64,000 nt of DNA, taken from positions 28,086,001 to 28,150,000 of the forward strand of contig OZ038378.1 in assembly GCA_964036045.1 (NCBI GenBank), in the 5' to 3' direction. Shown one piece after another: positions 33,592 to 47,000 of the stretch. Each line of letters opens with the position of its first letter. The stretch's first letter is position 1. The translations under genes were made by a program, and so were the position numbers. The notes below the pieces were generated by a model. That model did not search any database, had not been told where the DNA came from, and saw nothing but the letters and a program-made list of their open reading frames with translations. This DNA is from Eutreptiella sp. 'Long Island Sound 2002'. Lineage: Eukaryota; Protista; Euglenida.

Positions 33592-34926
33592 CACCGGGCC
33601 CCGCCCTGTGCCACCTGCGTGCAGCGCGGTGCCGAGCAATGCTGCAAGCGTGCTCACAAAGGGCACCGCATGGAAGCGGCGCAAGCGCTGCGGGCGTGGC
33701 TCCAGCCCGCGCAGCCGGCCAGGGCTGGCTCCGTTGCGGCGTCCCAAGCCGCGCGGGGCTTGACAAGCGCGCGCAAACCCCCCGCTCACGATCTCTCTCA
33801 CCAACGCGCGTGACACGACGAGCGTGCCGGCAGAGCACGACTGCAGCCCTCAGCCCCCCCCCCCCCATGCGTCTCCAAGGGGGGGGGCACAGCCTAAGTG
33901 GCTCCGGTATGTTAAACAAGCGGGGAGGGCTGAGGCAGCCCTTCCAAACCTTCCCCACTCTCCCCAAGGGGAACCGCCGGGCAAGGGGAAGCACACGGGG
34001 AACGGCTGCAGGCGTCATGAGCGCCGGCAGGGCGCCCGGACAGACACCCACGCGTGGGGGGGGGGGGTACAACCGCGTCCTCATCCCCCCCCCCCCTCTC
34101 TTGGGGGTTGGCGGAAACTTTTGGGGACATCTCCTGCCGGCTGACGGCGGGGTCGTCAACCACAGGGGAGGGCATTGACCCCCCCCCCCCCCCTGAGCTC
34201 GCGGACTTCGCGGGGGGGGGGGGGGAGCAGGGGACATCAGTCGACCCCCACCCCCATCCCTTGGGGGCGGCGCGTAGGGGGGGGAGGCGGCGACCTCCGC
34301 AGTAAAAATGGAGCTGGACCCCCCCCCCCCCCCAAGGGGCTGTGCCGGGGCAACCAAGGTAGTTTCTCCCCACCTCCCCCCCACGGAAAAGGGAACAGCG
34401 GCTGGGGGGGAAACGAACGGGGCAGGCACGGCGCCTTATGCAGACCATGTGTGCTCAGCATAGGGCCCTAGCATGCAAGTCATGCAAGGGGCACAGGGGG
34501 ATGCAGCACTGCTGCAGCCGCCATCACGAGGGGCATCCCAGGGTGCTGGGTGGGGGTGGGGGGGTCAACGGTGTCTGCCGGTTCGGGGGGGGGGGGGGCT
34601 GCAGCAGCAACCGGGCACTATGCCCTTCGGAGGGCCGGTGCGTGCTGAGGCTCCCTCGTCCGGGGGAGGGGGCGGGGGTCCAGCAAGGCCGGGAGCAGCA
34701 GTGCTGCCACGCGGGGGCACGCAGCAGCCGTAGCGCTGCCACGGGAGGGCCTGGGGGGAGGGCACGTAACACAAGGCGGACGTCCTTCCGCCACGCCGCG
34801 ACACACCGGGAGGCCAAGGAAGGGATAGGGCAGGCCACAGGCAGGCTCTAACCCGGAAACCCCTTACCCTCCCGTCGCAAGAGCGGCCTTGACATTAAAA
34901 GCCTTCAACCCTTGCTAATAGTACAT
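33592..34926 (+). mobile_element. 5'-truncated GC-rich non-LTR element, copy A
   Basis: Colinear with 35650-37007 and ends in caacccttgctaatagtacat. Confidence 0.7.
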
Positions 34927-37007
34927 CGATCGCGCGCAGACGCCCTCCCGATGCGCGCCGGGGCTACCCATGGGGGCAACTGGGCGCAGGCCCACACCCC
35001 CCGGGGCCACCAGCAGCGCCGCTGGCTCTGCGTGCCGGCCCGCCGCCAGGGTGGCCGTGGGAGGCATCCTTTGCGATGGCGCTCCTGCAGTGGGCTAGCC
35101 GACTGCGGTGGCTGCCGGGGCAGGGCCATGTGACCTACGTGGAGCTGGCCCTGGACTTCGAGGCCCACGCGGAGCGGGCACTCCCGGCCCCCAGCGACCA
35201 CCGGCTGCGGGGGGTCACCTTGCCTCTACGCACCAGGGGCCAAGTGCTGAAAATGGCCCTGGATGCGTTGCAGCCACATGTGCAGGCAGGGGACCTCCTG
35301 CAGGGCAAGGAGGTGTGGATGGCGAAGTCCCTCCTGCCGCTGGGGGGCTTCAGGTGTGTGGGGCGGTCGGCGCGGCCGCTGTTTGCCTGCCCCGCAGCCA
35401 TGCTGTTTCAAATGAGGCAGCTGGAGGCGCATTGCCGCGAGCTATGGATGCGGCGCTTAGCGCGGCCGGGAAGGGGAAGGCAGGATATGTTCTTGCTGGA
35501 TTACCTGCCGCTGGCGGGACCGGGGCGGCAGCCACTGCGGCCATTTCAGCGATTGCCGCGCCGGCAGGTGCAGCGCAACCGGCACGGGGCGGGCGACGGG
35601 GGCGCGGGGCGCGCGGTGCCGCCACCGCAGGTGGCCCTGTGCGCGAGGCACCGGGCTCCGCCTTGTGCCGCCTGCGCGCAGCGCGGAGCAGAGCACTGCT
35701 GCCGGCGATCGCACGAAGGGCACCGCATGGATACGGCGCAAGCGCGCGTGGCGGCGCGAGCGTTGCGGGCGTGGCTCCAGCCCGCACCGCCAGCCGGGGC
35801 CGGGCCGGCGGTGGCTTCACAGCCCGTGCGGGATCCGCCGCGCGGCCGCAAGCGCTCCCGCTCGCGGTCCTCATCACCGGAACGAGCGACGCGACGAGCA
35901 CGCCCGGCGTCGCGCGAGTGCGCGCGCCACCCGGGGGAGCCTTCCGACCCCCCCCCTCGCGTCTCGATGGGGGGGGCACACAGCCTGAGCGGCTCGGGAA
36001 TGTTGGATGGGCGGGGGGAGCTCCGGCGGCCCTTGCCGCCCCCCCCCCTCTCACTCCCCCCGGGGAGGGCGCCAAGGCAGGGGGGGGCAGCAGGGGGTCG
36101 GCCGCAGGTGCCGCAGGCGCCGGCAGGTAGCCCGGGCGGCCGCAATAAGGGGGCGGGGGCGCCCTGTCCCCCTCCCCCCCCTCTACCTCCCCCCCCTCCT
36201 CCTCTCAGGGGCTGGCGGACATTTTTGGGAACATTTCCCGCCAGCTGACGGTGGCCCGGGCGGGGGTCCCGCCCCCCGGGTTGGGCACAGGCCGCCCCCC
36301 AGGGGAAGCGGACTCTTCTTCAAGGGGGGGCTAGGAGAAGCCGACAGACCCCCACCCCACAGGGGACGGCTCCGGGGGGGCCGTGGCGGCAACGTCCGCC
36401 GCGCGGGCGGGGAAGGCCCCCCGTTCAGGGGCAGTCACAGGGCATCAGGGAGAGTCCCTGCCCCCCTCCCCCCCACAGAAGAGGGCGCAGCGGGCGGGGG
36501 GAAAAAGGGTGGGGCAGCCGCGGCGCCCCATGCAGACCCTGTGAGATGAGCACAGGGCCCCAGCGTGCAAGTCATGCAGGGGGCACAGGGGGGTGCGGCA
36601 TTGCTGCAGCCGCCATCATGAGGGGCACCCCAGGGTGTTGGGGGGAGGACAACGGTGCTTGCCGGTGCAGAGGGGGGGGCTACAGCAACAAGCGGGCGTG
36701 TTGGCCTCCAGAGGGCCGGCGCTCGTGCCAGGTCCCGTGACCGGGGGGGAGGGGGGAGCCCCAGCAGGGCAGGGGACGGCGGCGTCGCCCCGAGGCGGCA
36801 CACAGGGCCCGGATCAGGGCCACGGGAGGGCCTCCGAGGAGGGCACATAGCCTCAGGACGGCGTCCTTCCGCCGCGCCGCGACACACCGGGGGGCCAGGG
36901 GTGGGATAGGGCAGGCTTCAGGCAGGCTCTAACCCGCTAACCCCAAACCCCTCCGTCGCAAGAGCGGCCAGGACATTAATAGCCATCAACCCTTGCTAAT
37001 AGTACAT
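34927..37007 (+). mobile_element. 5'-truncated GC-rich non-LTR element, copy B, with an ORF2-tail-like ORF and a (CA)n tail
   Basis: ORF 35076-36248 (390 aa) includes the Cys/His cluster CARHRAPPCAACAQRGAEHCCRRSH. It has the same terminus cccttgctaatagtacat, followed by (CA)n at 37010-37053. Confidence 0.7.
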
Positions 37008-37019
37008 AGCACACACACG

Positions 37020-37053
<34 letters not shown>

Positions 37054-37054
<1 letters not shown>

Positions 37055-39540
37055 TTGGCCTACCATTTTGTCAAGAGCTGCCCAAAGACTCGACTGTTGT
37101 ATGCGGCGTGCACGGATGTGGGGACTCCACTAGTGCAAGGAACGGATGTGGGACGCTGGGTGGCTGATTGCCCCCTCATATCCCTCACCAATCCAACTAG
37201 GCGGTGTGTGTGGTGGCGGCTGCACCGGCTGTGGACCTTGAGATGCCAAAAGGCGGTGCCTGGAATGGAAGTTTCCGCACTGAGGGTGGTTATGGCCATG
37301 GAGGTGACCTGCATAGAGGCCATAGCATGGTTCCGGAACATGGAGCCAAAGGAAACGGCGGGCACGGCGGAGATGCTAGCGCCGTGGTTTTGGCAACACA
37401 GGCAAAGCATGCTGGGGCAAGACCCGGAGGTGTCAAGTACGAGGCGGCAAGCCATGACGAAAAGGGTGTCGTCCATTGGCCCACAAGAGGCGCAGCAGGG
37501 GTGATCCAAGCAACAGCGAAAAGAGAAGGCCCGATAGCGCAAGAAGGAGAGGCAGAGCATGCAGAGACACACATGGGCCCAGGTTGAGCAGCACCCGGAC
37601 ATGTGGAGTATGGTACTCCCGGTGATCCCGAGATGCGAATTTGTGGAATCAGACAATAGAGCTCACAGCGAGCCATCCAGGGGTGATCACGGAATGGAAC
37701 GCCCACACACAGTGTCCATCCCGAACGATCAGCAGGACGTGGCCATGGAGCGAGAAGATAGGAGAGTGAGCCGGGGAAGGCCTAATGGAGTCCGATAGCA
37801 AGGAAGGTCCAATGGAGTTCGGCGATTGTTGGTTGCCAACGTGCACACACATGAGTGCAGCAGAAGAGGACAGCAGAGTTTGCCTCAGTGACAATGGCGG
37901 GGAGGTTCCAATGCAGTCCGATGATTGTTGGTCGCCGGCGTGCACACATATGAGTGATGAAGAAGATCGAGAGGTGGCAAGGGGGCGACAATTCTTGGAG
38001 CAGTTGTCTTAGGAGGAGTCCGTACCCGACTTCTTGGCGGATGCGAAGATACACGCTTGGGTGGATGGATCTGACAAGCGAGGACAATCGGGTGTCGGGG
38101 TTTACTTCCCACATGGGGAGTATGAGGATGTCAGCCAACCGGTAGTGGGCACACAAACGAACAATAGGGCAGGGGTTTCGGCAATTAGGGCACCAATGAA
38201 AACAGTGATTGTGTTCCAAGAGCCGTGCCTGTATAGTGATTGTAAATGGTTCGTGGACATATTCTCCAACTTGCAATTACATAAATGCAGGGGTTGGATG
38301 ACACAGGGGAAACAACCACCGAGACATCATGATATACGGGAAGACGTGTACCAGTTATACTAGGCCAGGACAACACCAATGTCTGTGGCAGCCCGGGCAA
38401 CGGGATTCGAACCTGGGACCAGCGAAGCTGGAGTCCAGGGTGCTTCCACTGAAGCACGGGGCACCTCACCCGCGATGGGATACCCCATACACACAGCCAC
38501 ATGGCACACATGCGTTTGCCACGCCCCTTGATATTTCTGGTAATGTACATAGATAGTGGAGCACCCCAACCAAGAAGGGGACACATGGAGCTTGTATGAT
38601 TGAACTGCACATGCATGCACTGACGTGAAGAACTTATGGTTGTACGACAGGCGGTGGTGGACGTCTGTACGTTTCAGCAAACCACCTTTATGGCCAATGT
38701 CTGTGGCTCATGTATATGGCCATAGCAGGCTGGTGTACAGAGGCAGATGCCCCGGCAAAAGCGGGGGCAGCATGATCCCAGGTCCACAGGCAGAGACGTG
38801 TCAGAGACATGCCACAGGATGACAACGAGGCCACCAAACGGAAGCACACCAGGGGCAGGGGGGTCAAGAGATAGGCGCCCGTATAGGTGTCCGACGGCAA
38901 CACAGACGGTGACAGGCCAGGGCAAATCCGCCACAGGCGGAGGTAGATGCGCAATGCGCCAATGGATATACCGGACATGGAGCCGGATTGAGAGCCAAAT
39001 AGCAGCCTAGGACGATGTACACTGACCAACGAACCTATCTCAGTTTGTATGCAGGGACAGGGCAAGGAGAGAAAAAATGGCATCAAGAGGTGCCAAGACA
39101 ATTTCTACAGAACTGCCAGAGGGAAAAACCGATTGCGTGAAAAACCACCCCTGCGGCGGGGCAATTGGCAATTGGCACACATTTGGGAGGACATATATGC
39201 CATTGTCACCATGAGACAAAGTGACGCATGTATATGGGCACAACTCTATACTGCATAATGAGGAAGCAGGCAAGCTGGCAAGGGCAACAGCGGAAATGTT
39301 AGTAGTCCGTAAGGTGAGCCGGCAATGTCCGTTGCCGGAGGTACGACAAGGGGGCGGTAGGCGTAAAGTAGCGAGGGGGCGCGGGGTAGAACGACAAGTG
39401 GTCGTGCAAGTAAGAGGGTCTAGCAATAAAGACAATGTGCAACTAGTCAAGGAAATACGCACAGAGAAGCGGCAAGGGCTGCTGGAGCTGTCAAACCCGG
39501 AACTTGATCAGAGGGATTAAGGAGCTGCACGTGACACGAT
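37054..39540 (+). mobile_element. Degenerate LINE-like 3' region with RNase H domain(s)
   Basis: ORF 38034-38363 has WVDGS, QTNNRA and LYSDC, and continues after an insertion as MSVAHVYGHS. A second IWEDIY...THVYGHNSILHNEEAGKLA occurs at ~39180-39290. Confidence 0.7.
38390..38693 (-). mobile_element. 304-bp insertion with a 14-bp TSD and a tRNA-like 3' end
   Basis: ccaatgtctgtggc is duplicated at 38376-38389 and 38694-38707. The minus strand carries TGCTTCAGTGG (A-box-like) and GGTTCGAATCC (B-box) within 38390-38465. Confidence 0.8.
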
Positions 39541-40318
39541 GCGGAAATTTAGAAATTTGGTCCTACCAAACACTCGTAGTCTAGCCAATAACGAGGACAA
39601 GCTGTAGTTCAGCTCCACTAGTAGGATAAGTTGAACACAAGAAGAAGGATATGCAGGCTCCCTCACTAACCGTGCAATTCGGAGAACTCAGAGGTTATCT
39701 TGTCCACCACCACATCTTAGATTTGGTTGGTTACGAAGTGAACAGAAATCGAAAGACGGTTAGAAACTTCCCTTTCAAGATTCGACACACCCATAGGGAG
39801 ACTGGGGTACCAAGACCCCAAGCTAGGGTGGTGGTTGCTCCCAAGGGGCCATCTTATTTATTGACACATTGGAAGGCGCCGTAGGGCAAGTGGGGGCACT
39901 CTACACCAATTGTTGCCCATCTAACACATCACCCTTGGACACCCATGGTGGTGATATTTTTGCCTAGGGGAGGGTGGCACTTCTTAATGATGTATCTTGA
40001 TGCATGTAGGCAATTAGGATTATAACCCATGAATCGGCCATCAAAACGAAGGACATGTCGTTCATACTCTCCAAGCACGGAGGCCAGCTCTGGCACAGTC
40101 GACTCCAGGCACCTCCTCGAATATTCCCATCTCTCCTGACACTTTGATTAGAAGCCTCTAACTCCTCTGCTGTGTGCTACCATGATTGGGTGTTGCTTGA
40201 TCAATCGGGATCAGCCATAGGCAAGGTGACGCTTTGACCCACGTGGCAGTTGTGTGCCCAACTTGTACTGTGGGATGCAAATGCACCTCGGGTTGACAAA
40301 ACGCGGCCCACGCAAAGG

Positions 40319-40572
40319 GGGCGCACCGTGCGCTCTGCCCGCGTTGTACGAAAAGTCGGCTGTTAGCCACGGGTCCCAAGGTCCTGAATTCTGCACCCTA
40401 CAGCCGCTGCTGGTACACCAAGGATTTTTTTTTCCAGTCTGATGCTTGCCACCGGTTCCAGGGTCCTGAAGTCTGCACCCCTGATGCTGTTTTGAATGGA
40501 TCATGCACGCTTCTGTAGGGGGTTGGTTTTCAGGGGTGTTCCCGGGATAAACAATATAATAATTGGCGCTGT
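40319..40572 (+). repeat. Dispersed ~250-bp repeat; second copy at ~52583-52845
   Basis: Both copies share cccaaggtcctgaattctgcacccta...cagggtcctgaa.tctgcacccc...attggcgctgtgc. The end motif also occurs near 230-260. Confidence 0.75.
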
Positions 40573-42279
40573 GCCCGCGCTGTGCCCGCGCTGTGCAAAC
40601 CCCCCCCCCCCCACCCCGAGTGTACACATGAGCAGGAATGCTTGTATCATAGCAATTGTGTGGCTCCGGCCATTGTTGAAGGAACTGCCGAATGTTGCTA
40701 CATATGCATACCAGGATCCGCATGTGTCAAGCGCTTTGTGACGTGCGTATGGCCATCTAACACAATGCTGTTGCTGCCGATTACAATTTAGGGCCTTCCA
40801 GGTGTACTCGCTGCAAAAGAAGCTCGCAGCCCGTGCGTGGCGTAGGTACCCCCTTTGAAGTCTAGGGTTGCCCGGCGTGGTTGGGTCCCGCAAGCGGAGT
40901 GGGGTGGCAGTGCAACCGCACCATTGCTTGAAATGCACCCCAAATTCTGATGTATTGAATTTCTTGTGCCTTCGCAAACACTGTAGCGAGTCCTCAACAA
41001 GCCCCTCATATCGTTGAGGTGGTGGGCATTTCATTTACCAAGCCCCCTCTGGTGTTGCCCCCTTGTCTCAGTGCAGGGCTCCCAGGGTACCAATGCTTTC
41101 TTGGGACCTTAGTGGTATATGTGCAATGTGAACTGGTTGATCCATCACCATTCCACACCCTCACCCACTATAGCACATCATAAAGCCATAGGGCGTGTTG
41201 ATTTTTTGAACTTCAATCACCATTAGGGGTATTAGGAGTTATGATTTAAAACCCTCCACCTTAGAGGGGCATGCTTTGGAGGATTTGGTAGGAGTTGCAA
41301 GGATAGGAACTTGCAGGCACAACAACAATGCTCTTCATTGAAATCAAAATGGTGCTAAGACCACAAGTGATCCTAGCAAGAGTCAAGCCCCTCTTTCCCA
41401 TGGAACCAGCTCAATCCTGGGGATGCATGCAGCGATGGAAAAAAATTTTCGTGCCCAGTTCAAGGGGAACTTTTGGTTGTACCGCATGCTTCTCCTCAAT
41501 GTGCTCAGAATTTGATGCAAAAGTCAAATATAAAAGAAAAAAGCATGAAAATTAGTTTTGACACAAGCGCAAGCCGAGTACAACCAGAGGAAATACAGCA
41601 AGGGTGACCTTTGCCCGCGGCATGATAACTGGGCACGCCTGTCGAGGAAGCGAAGACAGAGAGCACAACGCTAGAACTTAGATGAACCAAAAGCCGTGGA
41701 GTGCAGTGGAGGAAGGAAAAAGTTACGTCGAAGGCCCATAGGGGTAGAACTTGATGGTCTCATGAGGATTAGTTGCAGGACTGAGCACCGGCGGATTGCC
41801 TGGCAGTCCTTCAGGTTGCACGATTTGTGGAGTTTCAGGGTATGCTGATTGCTGCCTCTGGGCCGTGTATGGATGCATCTAAGTACTTCAGGACTTGAAT
41901 GGATGCAATGGCTGGAATGGCTGTGTGGCGGGGTCTTCCAGTGGCTCAGTTTCCGACCCATGTGAGTCCATGAGGATTAATTGGGTGTATGGAGAACAAG
42001 AACAGGTATTGTTAGCATGGGGTGGTGGAAAATCTCATCGTTTGCTTGGGTATCGAGATTGGGCCAAGATGGGGTTAATCCTGGGATTACTGTTTGGTGG
42101 GAAGGGTACAGCTAATCAGGCGAATCGGACGAGCTATCTGATGGATTCTCCTTTTTCATCTGTGCAATGTGTACAGTGTACAGCCCTTTTCTTTGGAGGT
42201 GGGGATCTGCATGCCTTGAAGTATGGACGTTGGATAGGCTTTGTCGGTTTCTTCGTCTGTTATGCAGTGTTCGGACATC

Positions 42280-42595
42280 ATGTCCTTGCCGCAAGTGCTG
42301 CTGGACCTCCTGGTCATCGGCCGCTACCTTTTCAAGGCCCTTGGGCTGGTGTGCATCCTTATCGCCGTGTCCTTAATCAGTGTCACTCTGTACATTTACT
42401 TTAACACCGTGATGCCCCTCATCATCGACATCCGATCCGTCTCGGGGATTCTGAGCTTCATTCCGGCCTCCTGGATCTCCTTCAACCTGCTGTTTAACTA
42501 TGCGATGGTGGTGTGCACGGCCCCAGGCAGCCCTAAAATGACCGTGTCGCCAGAAGAGGCTGCAAAGTTGGCCAGCGAGCCTACCCCTGCCAAAG
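42280..42595 (+). CDS. DHHC protein S-acyltransferase (palmitoyltransferase), exon 1
   Basis: ATG at 42280, two TM helices and VCTAPGSP (DPG-like position). Donor AAAG|GTGTT at 42596. Confidence 0.85.
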
Positions 42596-43214
42596 GTGTT
42601 GTTTGTGTTCCAGAGACATGCGCGACCTGCAGGGGAATAACACTGATGACCGATGCCCCAGATGCATCAGGTGGAGGAATCCCAGTGCTAATGGCAGAAA
42701 ACTCCCCCCCAAGTACTTCCCTACAGTGAAAGTGGTGCAAGAGGACAGGTGATAGATAGGCTGCGAGATGGAGAGGATGCTGTTCAAGGCACAAGGGAGA
42801 TAGGACGCGCACCTTAAAATACTCCTGCCTGTGATAGAGATGGATTACCAGATCTGCAATGGATATGTGAACGGAAGTCCCCATGCATCATGCATGCATA
42901 ATTGTGTGCACTGCACAAGCAGCTGCATATACCAGGCTTTGTATATGGAGGTACATAGGTGGTTGGGTTTTTGGCTCAGGACCCCCCCTTCCCCCTCTCT
43001 TCTATACAATGCGTTGCTCCCTTTCATTTCCTCCAATCGATACACAATATTACCGTCTGACAGTGCATCAAAGGTCATTGCCTCTTTTACCACTCAGAAT
43101 GAAGCTCTGCAGCTGCCGCTTGAGCCCCCCACCCCACCGCCCAGCAAACAAGCCTTGAAGGCGGCACACAGATGAAAAAGAAAAGAGGAAAGGGCAATAG
43201 AGCTGGAAACAATC

Positions 43215-44009
43215 TTGCGTGATGCAGAGGATGATGGGTTTCAGCTAGTTTTTGCAAACGCTTCCTCCGAAAAGATAGAAGGCATCAGCAAGCTGGGTGG
43301 TTACGGAGTGTACAGTGAAAACTGCATTTCCCTATCTGAGCCAATGCCACTGAACATGAAGCAAACAAACAACGCGGCGGAACTGATGGCCGCACTCCGC
43401 ACCCTCCAGCTGCACCCATTTGGCAAGTTGGCAATATGTTCCGACTCTGAATATGTCCTGCTAGGAGCCAAAGGTGCAGCGAAAAGATGGAAAATCAAAG
43501 GATGGGTGGGATCCTGCGGTCTGGTCAGCAACATTCCCATCTGGGAGCTCTTTCTTGCAGAGCTGGAGAGGGAAGGCCGCAAAATTTTGTGGATCAAGGT
43601 GCCATCCCATGTCACCATTACAGGCAATAATGAGGCAGACCGCCTCACCAAGATAGGACTGCATGCCCATCCGTTATACCCCTTCCACCAAACCCCACAT
43701 AAAGAAGCCACGGTTGCCAGCACCCCCCTACCCCCACTCAAACGGGCTAGGACAGACCTAGGCACGCCATTGACTATGGACATCGCCCAAAGACTTAATT
43801 TTTCTGTAGCCTCTCCGGGTACAATGCCACTAGATTCAGATCACGCGACTGCCTTACTCACTACACTCTGCCTTGAGCCAATGGATGAGCTGCGTGCTTT
43901 CTCCCTAGAGGACGTCCCCGACCCGGGGGGGTCCAATACTGCATCCACGGTCTCCTGGGTGCCAGCTCTGATGATGGTTTTATTACTGATGTCAGTGACA
44001 CTCGGCTGA
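43215..44009 (+). mobile_element. RNase HI-type ORF (TE-derived) in DHHC intron 1
   Basis: FANAS, GGYGVY, QTNNAAELMA, CSDSEYV, WIKVPSHVTITGNNEADRL. The first catalytic Asp position reads Asn. Confidence 0.75.
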
Positions 44010-47000
44010 TGTCAGTGACACTCGGCTACCTTAAACAGTTATCCAGCAGGATTATGTCATACGATTGCCGCGCTATTGTTTTGCCACACGTCCATAATGG
44101 GTCCAGGTGACACTGCCCAGTTACGTTGCCACGGTACACGAGGTGCAAGTGGTCGCCCTCTAAGGCCGGAGGAGTGCCGAGGATGACCTCAAAGCCTAGT
44201 GCCACTACCAAGTCCATGAGACATTGTCCTTCATAAGCATGTACCGTCTTTGGTCTATAATATGTAGTGCAACCTTGACCCCAGGGCGTAGCCCACTATA
44301 CATTGCAGTTGGTGGATTGAAGCTCTTTGCACAGGACACTCACTATTGGACTAATGGCTGAAAGTGTTTATGGTGGGGGCATTCATTCGATTCGAACCAA
44401 CCATTGCTCTCTCTCTTTCTCTCTCTTATATACACTGGACCCCCCCCCCCCCCACCTCCCCACCCAGTAAAAAGAAACAACGCAACAACAGTGCAAAATA
44501 CAACGGGAGGCGGAGATAGAGGGAACTTTTGACACTGTGCAATCAGAACGTTACACCTTGGTTTTCACCAAGGTGGAATGCATCCTCAGATGATATGGCA
44601 GGAGTAGGTCATGTTGCAGGGTATGGTATCCGATTCCACCCGGATGTCAGCATTTTTCCATTTGTGTGTCTCTAATGTCTGCCTCTGGGAGACACTTCTA
44701 GATCTCTTAGATGCCCACTATGGTAATGGCAAATTCATCAAAGTCCCATCGCACATGAACATATTAGGCAACAATGAAGCTAATCGGTTGGCCGACCAGG
44801 GACAACTTTCTCGTCCCCAGTGCCCGGTTTGAACTACTCCTTGCAAAGACATTTCAAGCAGAATGAACTACCCACCATGCAAAAAACGAAAGCATATATC
44901 GTCACACACCTTGCAAAGGGTTGCGTCCGTACTGATAGACTGAATGTCCCCGCCATGGACACTTTCAGCCATATGTTTAGGATGTGCCAAATCAATTTAG
45001 TGTGTCTCCTTCTTGGTTGGGGTGCTCCATTATCCTGGTACGAATATGTACGTCATATGTGGCTTCTTTACAACGGTCGCTAGGTGTTGATGTGGCGTGC
45101 AGCCAACAATTGCCCTTCACTCGTCAAACTGTATCGGACCATTCAGGATCATGCACAAATACAGACCACCTTCACGGCGCAAGGCGGGCACCCATTCGCC
45201 CGTACCATGTTAGTGGAATGGTTGGTTTCAAAGGTGGGAGGCAGAGCATTCAATGCATCAAAAAGTAGGAGCAATCGGGGAGAGCCCAAGCTCAAGAAAG
45301 CCAAAAACCACCTTGGTGTCCAACTAGGGCTCACTTGGGCAGTACCAGACCCACGGGCACCCCCGTTGGCCGTGGGATTCGATCCATGCGCCCTCCGAGT
45401 CCCTGTTACCGGGGAAACGCCAATATTTTGCCAAAATATTTAATTCCAGAGTGTTTTTTTTTTGATCGCAAAAAAAACAAGAAACGCAAATTTTTTAAAT
45501 AATTCTGCCGTTCGGGACACAGGCTTTCGCAAAAAAAAATAGGTTAATTAAATAAATAATCCGGAGAGTGCAAGTTTGTACTGTTTGTGAACAATCGTAC
45601 AGTTATGATGCAAGTCCATGGCTCTACAATTGGCTTTTGACAAGGGGTCCGACTCACATGCCGTCTCTCTGTTGACGACATTGTTTCCTGCCACATTCGG
45701 GAGCTTGAGGGAATCACACATCCGGTACTTCATCCGGTATCTCATCAGGTGGACAACCGCAAGACAACGGATAAGTTTGGTCCCTGCAAGATTTGAAGCA
45801 AACAGCAGCATTGAGGACACAGTATCAAACGCAAAATGTCAGTCAGACCAAATTTAATTGCAAAAAAAAATTTATTTTATGGGTGGAATACACGGTTTTT
45901 GGCTCGTAAATTCAAAATAATCGCAAAAATAAAATATTTTTGAGGCTATTTAGTGGCAAAAACAAAAGTTTTGCTAAATATTAATTGTTTTTTTTCCCGC
46001 AAAACATTCGTGTTTTGAAAATATTCGTGTTTGCCCGGTATCCGATAGGGTACCTGCTGGCACACCTATCATGTCATTTGCATGTGGGGGGGCAATGGTC
46101 GGTTCTGATACACTGAATGTACCCTCCATAGACACTTTCAGCCATAAGTCCATCAGGCCGTATTGTGTTAGCGGAAAGGTGGGTTTCAAGTCGGGAGGTG
46201 AACATTCAAAGAGTGATCAGGCTTCAGTCCCTGCGGAGCCTGGTCTGATGAGCTGCAATTGGACAATGGGGGGGACCAGTCGCCTTCCAGAACTGCTGGC
46301 TCCAGCCTGAGTGTGACTTCTGTCCAAGCGTCTGACAAGGGTGTGCGCCGTACCGGAGAAAACTGCAATGCTTAACCCATTGTTCCCCTATACACATGGG
46401 GCGGTAGTCAGGTTTCCTTTGCATGTGGCTGGGTCAAGATGAAGTGATGTGTTCCCTTTTGGGTGTTGTTAATCCCCTACTGCATGCATACTGAACCTCA
46501 TTGTTTAACTTTGGTTGTTTGTGGGTGTGGGGCTACTGTTTCCAGTATGGACAATGCAAAGCGGGAGCACTTGAAGAGTGATCGGCAGTGGGAGGAGACA
46601 CAGAAAACCATGCGTCCCCTCAATTTTCCCAAGGCCAAACAAGTGGAAACCAATAGCAGCAGCAACACAAACAGTAACCCTGACAACCCCTGTGCAGATT
46701 TGCCCTTGGGAAACACCCCAGGTCTTGTGCTTTTGTTTGTGACCAAGAGCCTTGCATAACACACTTTAGTCAGCACTCAGCCAACACTCAGCCAACAGCA
46801 GCAGCTGCAGTGGGAGTAGCTAGCAGCAACAGCACCCAACATTGGCTGAGCCAGCAAAATTTTCAAGAGCAAAGTGAAGAAACAGACACAGTGGGGCTAG
46901 GATGCCATACCTGGGAAAGCGCTGGCAACAATTTTTTTTGAAATGTATGGCCAGAGCCCCCCACACATGTTTAAGAGGGGGGGAGGGGGGGGCTGGGGGG

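Noticed and set aside
43986-44027. 20-bp tandem duplication, and similar micro-duplications at 40567-40597 and 63161-63188
   Set aside because: Ordinary slippage products with no further structure.
45390-46058. AT-rich MITE with subterminal repeats
   Set aside because: The ends are only loosely inverted and no TSD was found, so it cannot be delimited.
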